Source of the DNA: Magallana gigas
Lineage: Eukaryota
DNA length: 64,000 nucleotides
NCBI RefSeq assembly: GCF_963853765.1
Contig: NC_088860.1
Location: 20,832,001 to 20,896,000, forward strand
Direction: 5' to 3'
Shown: positions 26,204 through 37,189 of the stretch, piece by piece
Layout: the number at the start of each line of letters is the position of its first letter
How positions within the stretch are numbered: position 1 is the stretch's first letter
Position numbers and translations under genes: made by a program
The notes under the pieces: model-generated
Database searches by the model: none
Told to the model about the DNA's origin: nothing
Seen by the model: only the letters and a program-made list of their open reading frames with translations

Positions 26204-28864
26204 ATAATAGATATACACGTAAGAAATCATCCAAATGTATTCACGAGTTAAATACTAATAAATACCTGTGATATGAAAAACATTTTTCTCTGCGTTTTCG
26301 TATCAGGAGTTTGTTCCACTCATATGGCCCCAATACTGGTCCTTTGTCATAAATAAATAAACACTACATCTGAATGCTTACCAAATATCAGCTTATTTCA
26401 AAATTTTATTTTTGAAGATTTTTTTTTTATTTTCCTCTGTAGAATGTGCATCCATTCAGGGGCATCACTGGCAGGACATTATAGTAAACTAGTCATTTGT
26501 TACAAATTGTGCGAAATCTGAATATTTCTTGAAATAGTTACATATGTATACCTATTGGTAATCATAAGATTAGAAAAATGGCAATCTATGGGGAAAAAAC
26601 CCAATTAAGAACAAAAAAAAAATAGTAAGTTGTATTGCTGTTTAGCTTTGCAATTTCATAGCTTTGTTTTGCTTATCGCTTTTTCATTTAGGTTTCTTTT
26701 TACAAGAGAAAAGTAGTAAGAAAGTGAATTCTGGACCTAGGATCAGCAGAAAGTCAACATTTCAATCATTTATAAACTACTTATTTACCAGAATCTGACA
26801 TTTGAAGATGATTGCTAAACAATTTTTAAAAAATAATTTTAAATCTATTCTATTCGAAAATTTTCAGACTACACGAATTCTAACTTGTCTAAGACTGTTT
26901 CACAGATCTCGGGGCCTGGTGTATGTAGTTTTAATTTATAGTCATTTATTTACTTAAATGCCAAAACTTAACAAGTAATTGTAAGTTAATGCAAATTCGA
27001 AAAGGTGGTAACATAGCCGGGTTTATTTTGATGGAGATGTACTTTTAAAATATCAAGAAAAGCAAAGGTGTCATTCTTGAAAAAAAATTAATTTTGATAT
27101 AGATCTATGCACTTTTGATAAAATCGATGTCCCAATTTACGTGCACTACTAAACTGCACTATAAACCATACATGTTTCATTGAGGAAAATATGTATACAC
27201 CGTCCCACTAATTTGTCTACCGAAAAGTCATTTATTACGACTTGACCGTGGGTGACACGGTTGCCCTCCATGGGCCTGTTTATCACGCCGTGGGTCTCGT
27301 AATCAAATTAATTCTCCGATATTAAAGTGTACCCAAGTTAGACAAATTTTCCGCAAGGCCATTCATGTTAATCTTATCTGGTATTTATTTACACCTAACA
27401 AAAATATAGTCCGTGGTCTGGCGGATGAATCTGCAATTACTGGTCATTAAATTGGAATCGGGACGGACGGGTTCTGTTGTTCAAATGTCTAATTTGGATT
27501 TACAGTAAAAATCATAGTTTTAATTAATGAACGTCGTATGTTATTTTAAAAAGTTCTATGGAACGTTTTTGAAATTGAACCAGTGTCGGATTTTAACAGT
27601 CCAGTTACAACTAGAAACCTTCTTAAACTACTTTTCAAACGGGGGAGGGGGATGTTCACTCAAATAGGAAACTTCGAAAATTGTTTTAAAATATCAAATT
27701 ATCAGGACAAGAATTCTAACTTAAAATCAATAAAAACCATTTTTCTAGTTACTGGGCATTTATCCGGTAATTTAGTTATAGGTACAGTTACAATAATGTA
27801 GTGTCAAAGTTTCATTTTATTTTGGGGTTCTGCATTTTACGAGGTTAGGTGCAATTGCCATTTGGTTGCAGGGTTGTTTTTTTCCAACCGACCGCAGAAG
27901 AGATTGACGAATTTTAACTATGCTGAATGAAAAGTTACTCAGTAATTTAATAGTTTTACAGTGCTTATTTTCAGCTGCGGTCAAGTAAATCTAGCAATTT
28001 CTACATACAAGATGGTTGCATGAGCTAATCAATAGGCATTTGAACATTGCTTCAAGAATTACGTGCTGTTTCTACAAACGCATCCCATGTACATCATTTA
28101 AATACACGTACCTATCTATTATAGCCGACATTCGGTACGATTATTTTATACATACATGTACATGTCGCATTTACATAAACCCTAAACGTCAAATTACCAG
28201 ACCTACAACTTTGTCTTCAGTAATTCATCCAGGTTTTACTTCAAATATCTTTGTGTAATCTATCTGTACCTTCAAGCACATGGGTCAATCTAATAAAAGG
28301 ATAAATAGTTTTCTTCGATTCGTCATTAAAAAGCGCAACATTTTTTCGAGTAAATGTACATCGCTGAAATATAACTAATATAAGTTTGCAAATCATTGGG
28401 GTTTTATTTTCTTCGTCTGGAAGAAAATGCGTCTGGCATTAGCAATAATCAGGTAGATAAGCTTCTGAATGACAATATGCTATCATAAACCCAAGTAAGG
28501 GGTAGGGGTGGGGTTTTTTTTTTTGGGGGGGGGGGGGTGATTCAAAATAAGTATTTTCTATGTCAAGGAGTCATTGATTCTTTCTTTAAGTTTCAGATAA
28601 TAAAAGAGTTGTTCACCCTCATCACACATACACACTCAAATGACAACAGAACAGCAATTCATTGTGTTTCAAGAAGCATCCTTTTAATCTCAACATAATA
28701 ACTAAATGTAAAATTGTAAAACTTATATTTCTTAAGAATTTTGCATTTATGTATAAATACATATTGCACCATAACTAAATTGTTTAAAAATACATTTTTT
28801 TATTTAAAAAGTAAATGAACAATTCTAAAAAATATTCAATCCTTAAATTTTCAGCAACGCATAA

Positions 28865-30598
28865 TCAAACTGGGAATTTAAATTGCACTTCTTTACTAGC
28901 ACCACTGCTTTCAAAATTCAACTCCTGCATAAAAACTTTCTCCTTCATCTTACAGGCTTTGCTTTCATCACAATAAAACACTTTGGCCTTTAAGTACAAA
29001 AATAATCTACCACTGGAAGACAAATCTGGCATCTTCCAAGAAAAGAGATGCTGAGGAGAGTTTTCTTGAATTGTTCCTGTCTGAGAAAAGAGGGGATTTC
29101 CCGCTCCATCACAAGAGGATTCTGGAACAAGAAAAATAAATATTTGTAATCTGAAGGAAGAAAAGGGAATCATTGGTGGTCAAGCAGCTACATAAGGCTA
29201 TGTATAGCAAGTAGCATGAACAATACTTAAACTTTGCTCCTTAGATCCTATGATACGAGAGTAAGCTTAAGTGTTAAGCTAGGTGATGTGTAAACAAATA
29301 ATTGCTGCCAACTTTACAACATAGTACTTGTATTCACATTTTTCAAAAAAAAATTTAAATAACTACAATTCTGAAAATCTTAATCATTTTCATTTTTTGT
29401 GAATAACATATCCAAATTGTGAAAAAAGTCCTACAACTTTTTCTTCAGAGACATTTTATAAAACATCTTAATAAAGCAATCAAAACCAAAGCAAATTTAT
29501 TGTCTATACAATGAATGTATTGTAAAGTTCTTAACACTGCCATGAGACTTTATAAAGGTTACATGTTCAAAACTTCATTCTAAAATGCCCATGTTACCTT
29601 GAATAACAGCAGTCCATTTGCTTGGGGCTTCATCATTAACGTGACCTCCAACTGGTAAACTCAGAAGGAGGTTCACCTTGACCTCTGATCCAGGGGCAAC
29701 ACTGATGGTCTCATTTTTCTCTGGTTCTTTTCCTGGTTTCAAGATGTCCGACAACTTTATAGTCAGACTATCTACTGTGTCACTGGGGAAGATAACTGGC
29801 AGCTGGTCAAAGAAAAAATCGTAAATAGTTTTTTTTGCACAGAATCAAACTGTACTTTTTTTAAGAAGTAAAAAGGATACACAGAGTATTGAATATCAAA
29901 ACAGCTAGCAAAAAATTCATTACAATACTGTTAACTAACTTGAAGTTCAAAGTTGCAAATATTTCTCAACATGAACCAGTATGAGCATATCTTAATTTAT
30001 ATTAAGGTTTTAACCATAAATTAAATATCACAAAATTTTGTTGCTTCTAAACATTTTAAGAGTGGTCAGTGGCAATAAACAGTTGCTAGTTATTTTCTAG
30101 GTTTACATCCCCAATAATGTAAATTTATTGCTATTAAACAGTAAACATTTTGATCACAGCAAAAACATAAAATCTTGCAATCATTCACTGTAGTCAATAA
30201 TATCTTGAGTAATTTTGGTTCTCTCTTTTATTCCCAAGAAAATCCCTTATGTCTGGTATTATGTACCTGAGACATCACTTTGTCTTGGATCCCCAGTATC
30301 CTGATGCTGTGGTTGTTGGTGTCTGCTATGTAGGCCAGGCCCTGTTTGCTGTCCACACTCAGACCCCCGGGCTCGTTCAGTGTGACCTCCCGGTCCGACC
30401 CCCACACAGTAGTACACTGTTTCTTACTAATGTCCACTAGCTTTAACTACAATTTAAAAGATCACCTACATTATATCACAGAATTATATACATGTATAAA
30501 ATCTTATGCAGGAGAAACAAAACTTTAACATTCTACGACATTCAGTATATTGTAAAACTTACAGCTTTTTAATTTGTCAATAACATTTTAACATGTAC

Positions 30599-30680
<82 letters not shown>

Positions 30681-33600
30681 CCTTGTGGTTGTAAGAATCA
30701 GCCACCAGAATAGAACCAGAATCAGTTACCCAGGCAACACCAAGAGGATGCTGCAACTTTGCATCAATTCCAGTACCATCTTTGTCCCCATAGGCAAACA
30801 GGTTCTAAAACACATTAATATTATTATTAATGGTACATGTACTAGAGGTTTTAAACAATTTTAAACTAATACTGGAATGTAAAAAATTTCTACAATGTTT
30901 GACACAATGAAACAAAGGATTTTGAAAAACTCTTGTACATCATATAATATGCTGATAGTTTTCCTTCAAAAATCATTCAATAAATTCAATTTTTTTCATT
31001 ATTAATTTCTATAAAAAATAGTATTGGATCCTTTAGAAACAAATGAATAAATAATCTATAAGACTTGTGGGTATTACTCTACATTGTACATTGTAAATTT
31101 TGCTTTGCTAACCATTGGGTCCCTCTCTCCTCCAACAACATGTTTTACAGCCCCATCCTTCAGGGCCACACTCCGAATGGTAGAGCTCTCACTGTCCGCT
31201 ACAAACAGAAAGGACCCCTCTGGGGTGTTTCCCAGGGTCAGACCTGAGGGCTGGGCAAAGGCTGCCTTCTCTGGGTAGTTATTGTTTCGGTTTTCTTCGT
31301 TTCCACTACCAGCGAAACGCACACAAGATCCTTGCTTGTATTCCCTATAGAGGAAAGGGTATAGACATATTGATTGTTAATATGATTGGATTTGATTCAT
31401 ATTAATTCAATTTAAAGTTTTTAAGCATATTCACTTCATGAATTCAATGTTTTTAATTTGTTAATAAATTTTGATTAAATCATCTCATGAAAAAAAGATA
31501 AGAAATAAAAGCAACAAGATATCTGTGAGCCAATGCTCACTAGTGATACCCCCGCTCTGATGTGAATATGCAAAATAAGCAAAGTCGACATTTAACAGAA
31601 AGCTGGCATCCGATTGGTACAGAAATACCCGGTATATCCAACAATATGGCATGCCTAAACAAATAGTGTGTTAAAATTTCAAGCATCTGTGATAAATAGC
31701 TGCTGAAAAATCTTTGACGGATATTTGTTTGAAATTTTGGCTAACATAAACAAAGTACTCATTTAACAGGAAGTTGATGTCCGATTGGTACAAAAATATA
31801 TCCCACAATATGGCATGCCTTAACAAACACTGTGTAAAAATTTCAAGCATCTGAGATAAATAGCTGCTGAGAAATCTTTGACGAAAATTTGTTTGAAAAT
31901 TTTTGCTAAAAATAAACAAAGTCATTATTTAACAGGAAGTTGACTTCCGATTGATACAAAAATATATCCCACAATATGGCATGCCAGAACAAATAGTGTG
32001 TTAAAATTCCAAGTATCTGCGATAAATAGTTGCTGAGAATTCTTTGACAGAAATTTGTTTGAAAATTTTGGTTAAAAAATAAGCAAAGTCGTCATTTAAC
32101 AGGAAGTTGACGTCCGATTGGTACAAAAATATATCCCACAATATAGCATGACTATACAAATACTGTGTAAAAATTTCAAGCATCTGCGATAAACAGTTGC
32201 TGAGAATTCTTTGACAAAAATTTGGTTGAAAATTTTTGCTAAAAATAAACAGTCGTCATTTAACAGGAAGTTGACGTCTGATTGGTACAAATATATATTC
32301 CACGATATGGCATGCCTTAACAAACGATGTGTAAAAATTTCAAGCATCTGCGATAAATAGTTGCTGAGAATTCTGTGACAAAAATTTGTTTGAAAATTTT
32401 TGCTAAAAATAAACAAAGTCGTCATTTAACAGGAAGTTGACTTCTGAATGGTACAAAAATATATCCCACGATATGGCAGGCCTATACAAATATTGTGTAA
32501 AAATTTCAAGCATCTGCGATAAATAGTTGCTGAGAAATCTTTGACTAAATTTTGTTTGAAAATTTTGGTTAAAAAATAAGCAAAGTCATCATTTAACAGG
32601 AAGTTGACGTCTGATTGGTACAAAAATATATCCCACGATATGGCATGCCTTAACAAACACTGTGTAAAAATGTCAAGCATCTGGGATAAATAGTTGCTGA
32701 GAATTCTGATAAATGCGACAGAAACTTTTTTTCCTTAACTCGTTCTAATTTATAAAGAAAACCAGGCTCAGTAATATGATTGATACATTGTATTATACTT
32801 ACTTCCCTTTGTACCACTTTACATCTGTTAGGAAATACACCCAGATCTGATGTGTCCCTGCCATGGCTATGTACAACACAGAGTCTGTCTGTCCATCTGG
32901 TGATAACATTTGAATATTAACATTTTTAAAATTAAAAACATTATATTCATTTTTTTCAAAACATCACATCTTCAGTATCAACTATCAAGACTAGCTTTTT
33001 AAAAGCTGGCAGTATTAACATTAAAAAATGATCTATCAAATTAAAATTCTAAGGTCTAATGGATGCTAAGAGCAACAACTTAAGTATAAGAACACATGGA
33101 TTTAATTTAGGTCTGCAATTTTATCAAATTAATTTATTCAATAAATTAAAAAAGTATCAAACGCTTACAAAAAATTCACTGGCAACATTACCTGGTGAAG
33201 GGCCAATCACAAGGTCCCAAGGAGAAGACAACTCTTGCTCTATGCCGATTCCCCCTCCAAATTTATCATTTCCTTGTTTACCATTGCCTGCTATTGTCGT
33301 GACTTCCTGTTTCTGCAGATCTATCTGAAATATGAACAAAAACAATGGTCAACACTAACCAATAAACATTGCAAAGAAAAAACAATATACTGGTACTTTT
33401 AAAGCAAAGAAAAGTATAAAACCTAAGGATCTATAGCAATCCAAATCAGAGAATGATAAAATATTCATGTGTTAATGTATAAAAATTCTGCTTTTTAAGC
33501 TTACCTTTCTGATGGCATGGTTCTCAGTATCTGCTAGATAGATTACGTTCTCCTTCATGACTACACCTTGAGGAGAATCGAAACGACACTGAGTAAATGT

Positions 33601-35281
33601 CCCGTCCTTGAATCCTCTTTCTTTTCCACCTACACAATGCTGTTGAAAAAAGTAAAAAAAAAAAGGCCTTAAAGGTAATTTAATGCATACAAGAGTTAGT
33701 GTTTCAATTTTAAAAAAAAGTTTTATGAAAACTTTCCAACTCAGATAATGAGGCCATCTTCAAATTCATAGCCTGGTAAATTTAACCAAAAAATATCTTA
33801 AATTTAAAAGCTTGGCAAACTTTGCATCATGTACAGTTTACTATGATTTTATCAATGAATGATTACGTACCAGCAGATCACAGAATGAACAATACATGTA
33901 CCTTAAATTTTAAGATAGATATACTGTAGCTAAATTTGTTAATTATATAAGATAAAGGTAAGACTACAAATGATAATCCAAGATACCTGCACCACACCAT
34001 CTTTGGACAACACTAGAACTCGGTTGTGTCCAGTATCACTGACCACAATATTTTTCCCTGAAACACAAATCTTTCCTGGAAATTTTAGGGAGAGGTTACC
34101 TCTCTTGTATTTTTCCAAATCCAAAGGAATGTCGTGCTTGCTCAACAGACCGTTGTCACGGTAGAAAGAAGTGCAGAAATTGACAAACTCCAACAGTTTC
34201 TCTCTGTGACCTTCTCCTACATAGAACTGTAGGATATACCCACTTGGACTTAGAACTATGAGAGTTGGCCAGCACTGTATCATGAGTTCGTTCCATAGGG
34301 TAGCTTCATTATCATTCATCACAGGATGGTCAATGTTGTAACGTAATATGGCACTTAAAATATTAGCAGAGATTTTCTCATTTTCAAACTTTGCTGAATG
34401 AACACCTATGACTATGACACCATCTTGAATAGTAAATTGGTTCTCTAAAGCAGCTAGGTCTGGAAGAATGTGAAGACAGTTAATGCAGCAGTAGGTGAAG
34501 AAGTCCAATACAACCACTTTACCTTTCAGCTGCTCTAGATTCAATGGACTGCTAACATTCATCCATTCTAAATCTACAAAATAAGGGGGGTACAAAGTGA
34601 CAAGAGTTATTCCAGTATAAGTACAAATCATTTTAGGTCCTGGCCATGGCAACAATTTTTACAGAAAAAAGATATGATGTTAAAAAAAATAAACAAGGAA
34701 GGAAATATAGACCCACTGAATCTTTGGTCAAGAACCCTAGAAGCTAGGCCATTTAATTTATCTGATCATGTAGAAGAGACATCATTATGTCAATTTATAA
34801 AGTTTTTCAAACAAGGCTTGGTCGCCAATAAAATGAGGCTCTGAGAAAAGTTACAGGGGCCTTTAATTCAAATTTGACCACAAGAACTAAAAAGACTTTG
34901 CTTACTAATGTAATTGGGTTGCCCATCCCATTAACTAGTGTGAAAGAGGACACAGCTTCACATATCATACATAAACTAAATACACAAATGATATAAACAG
35001 TTGTATTCTCTTTATCAATCTCATATTTATCATTTTATGACCTGTCTTTTTTTAAAACAAATTATAAAGGCATACAACAGAGAGAAAAATAATACATTTC
35101 CTTTAAAGCACTGAAATATTATTTTACCTGTTTTAAACTGTGGGCATTTAACTTTAAGTTTATTTTCTACTAAATTAATGTGCTCCCTGATAACGTTATG
35201 TCGCTTTTCAGTATCATCAGTGTCTTGTAGCTTTTGATCAAAAAGCATACACGCTTCTAAAATATCACCCACATCACCCAT
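28865..35281 (-). CDS. NHLRC2: NHL repeat-containing protein 2 (thioredoxin-like domain plus NHL beta-propeller), ~699 aa
   Basis: 10 phase-consistent exons: 35281-35128, 34573-33987, 33639-33505, 33324-33192, 32896-32803, 31344-31113, 30804-30682, 30446-30267, 29802-29598, 29121-28865 (2100 nt). Motifs [48 protein letters not shown]. Confidence 0.97.
30601..30671. repeat. (CT)n microsatellite in an NHLRC2 intron
   Basis: Perfect dinucleotide run. Confidence 0.98.
31512..32720 (+). mobile_element. Helitron/Helentron-like non-autonomous element, 3'-truncated, carrying ~7 tandem ~165-170-bp monomers inside an NHLRC2 intron
   Basis: Begins aacaagatatctgtgagccaatgctcactag. The monomer anchor aaagtc..catttaacaggaagttgac recurs at about 31581, 31751, 31918, 32085, 32250, 32415 and 32581. 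The ORFs called here are repeat artefacts. Confidence 0.8.
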
Positions 35282-35375
35282 CTTCGAGATTACAACATCT
35301 TCCTCAAAATACTTCAAATAACAATAAAAAACTTTAACAATAAAATTAACACAAACAAACAACAGTTTTGGTTAA

Positions 35376-35690
35376 ACCGGAAGTTTTTATTCCTCTCATT
35401 CTTTGAATCTTGAGCCCGATAAAATTAATTAAAATCGCAGCTAAGAACAGTAGAAAATGTTAAATTAGAAAAAATATAAAAGCAAAATTAAAAACATCTG
35501 GGTTATTAAAAACTATGGTGAAAAATATCCTTTTTATATTACCTCGAAATATGCAAGACACTTTATCGTACATTAGTGAGACCACCGGAAGACAGGTTCT
35601 CGCTTGTTTACCGTGGAAACGTCACGGCCATCGACTTCACTAAAATGAATTTGGATTAGGTCTATAAAACATCGTATCTAAAAGGTAAAT
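35376..35690. promoter_or_regulatory. Bidirectional promoter between NHLRC2 and the PRVKPE-repeat gene
   Basis: ETS-type accggaag at 35376 and 35584; X-box-like GTTTACCGTGGAAAC at 35606-35620; plus-strand donor aaag|gtaaat at 35684/5 that could splice to the acceptor at 36236. Confidence 0.55.
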
Positions 35691-35912
35691 ATGAATTTAA
35701 CATAAGTTGTTTTATTATACGTATCATCTATAACAATACAGCTTTGCACCTCGGTGAATGTTTGCGCACCCAACCCAATATGTTACATGCAGCCATAGTC
35801 ATGCAGCTATACGAACGATATTTGACAATATTGAGCAATATGCCACTACAATCCTATGTAAAAAATCACAGAAATGTTTGTATAGCCAGGTAAAGGATAA
35901 CTTATTGAATAA

Positions 35913-35950
<38 letters not shown>
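35913..35950. repeat. (CT)n microsatellite
   Basis: Near-perfect dinucleotide run. Confidence 0.95.
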
Positions 35951-36238
35951 AGAGCCAGTCTCACTCTACAGATATATATTTATATAAGCTTGATATAACA
36001 TGTATATTCGTTTTTGCTAAGTATGAGGTATTTCTCACTGCACTGTCACTGGACTCGTGGCATAACGTTAGGTATATATGTATACTTCTTCGCAATCATT
36101 GTAAGTTCATATATCAGTGACAATTTTTACTTATAAGAAGGGTTTATTTATAAATACCGTTGCTTTTCAACTTAATTAAAATTGAATGCATGTACAGCGT
36201 TAAATGATCAAGTCATACATGTTCCTGTATTTGTAGCC

Positions 36239-37189
36239 ATGCTGTACAAGAGTGAGCCAGCACCCTCTGGCCCCTACCCAGGCTTTGACCAGACAGGAAA
36301 CTACTACACACCTCGTAAGGCACCTCGCGTGAGACCAGAGGCTGAAGAATTCGCCAGCAAAAGCAAGGGATCTCTGGAACTGTTTGGGAGTGGCACCCCG
36401 AGGCCGATTCCTCCAACTCCAAGATGTGAGACTCGGTGTCAGACAGAAGAAGGAAAGAGGAATTTCCAACTTGGAAAGAACGGCACCGTTTCCGGACTTC
36501 TGAATGGCTCTGCAACACCGCGTCCCGAGCCCGCGCCGGGTCCCCGAGTAAAACCAGAAGCAGAGGAGATAGCTGACCATCACAAAGGAAAGTCTACAAG
36601 TCAGTTGTTCAATAGCTACGGTAGACTTCCAACCTCAGCTCGCAGAGAGCCGAGGGTCAAACCGGAAGCATCCGAAACAGCCGAGAAGAGTTCGGGGGGA
36701 TATATGCGTAATCTGATGCATGACCCCACACAAATTCCATCATCGGCTAGAAAAGAACCAAGGGTAAAGCCCGAGGCGTCAGTAACAGCTAGCATGGAGG
36801 GTAAGGGGATGATGAAGAACTTGCGAGGATTCGGAACTCCTCTATCCAGTCGCGCAGTACCACGTGTTAAACCGGAGGCGGAAGAAATTGCAGAACAGCA
36901 TAAAGGTGGACGTATGGACTCTTTACTGCACAAGTATGGCAATAATCCCAGAGATGTACCTAACGCTCCAAGAGTAAAACCGGAAGGGGAAGAAATGGCA
37001 AATCTGGACAAAGGAGGGCGCATGTCCAGACTGATGCACGAAGGCAGCAAGGCCCGACGATCTCCACGCCCGCCGCCCCGGGCGACGACCAAGGAGGCAA
37101 AAAGTATCATGAAAAAGAGCAGAGGAACCATGCAAGCTGTATTGTCCTCTACCGGGGGACTGATGATCGTTCCAACTGCGGGGAGATAG
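36239..37189 (+). CDS. Uncharacterised protein of ~8 tandem 34-36-aa repeats (PRVKPEA..A...KG..M..L), ~316 aa, single coding exon
   Basis: GC-rich ORF; acceptor ttgtag|ccATG at 36236-36241; six clear PRV[KR]PE[AG] cores plus two degenerate units. Confidence 0.85.
   Translation: MLYKSEPAPSGPYPGFDQTGNYYTPRKAPRVRPEAEEFASKSKGSLELFGSGTPRPIPPTPRCETRCQTEEGKRNFQLGKNGTVSGLLNGSATPRPEPAPGPRVKPEAEEIADHHKGKSTSQLFNSYGRLPTSARREPRVKPEASETAEKSSGGYMRNLMHDPTQIPSSARKEPRVKPEASVTASMEGKGMMKNLRGFGTPLSSRAVPRVKPEAEEIAEQHKGGRMDSLLHKYGNNPRDVPNAPRVKPEGEEMANLDKGGRMSRLMHEGSKARRSPRPPPRATTKEAKSIMKKSRGTMQAVLSSTGGLMIVPTAGR

Noticed and set aside
27230-27480. GC-richer patch with many TAAT/ATTA sites, possible enhancer or exon
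   Set aside because: All frames close quickly and motif content alone is not evidence; conservation data are needed.
31671-32680. Several similar minus-strand ORFs ([14 protein letters not shown]...)
   Set aside because: Translations of the tandem satellite monomer, not genes.
31540-32720. Regular repeat arrays (also 51925-53000) considered as CRISPR-like
   Set aside because: Full-length monomers repeat with no unique spacers, the context is eukaryotic and there are no cas genes.
35758-36120. 120-aa plus-strand ORF upstream of the repeat gene
   Set aside because: AT-rich, runs through a (CT)n microsatellite and lies within the inferred 5'UTR intron.
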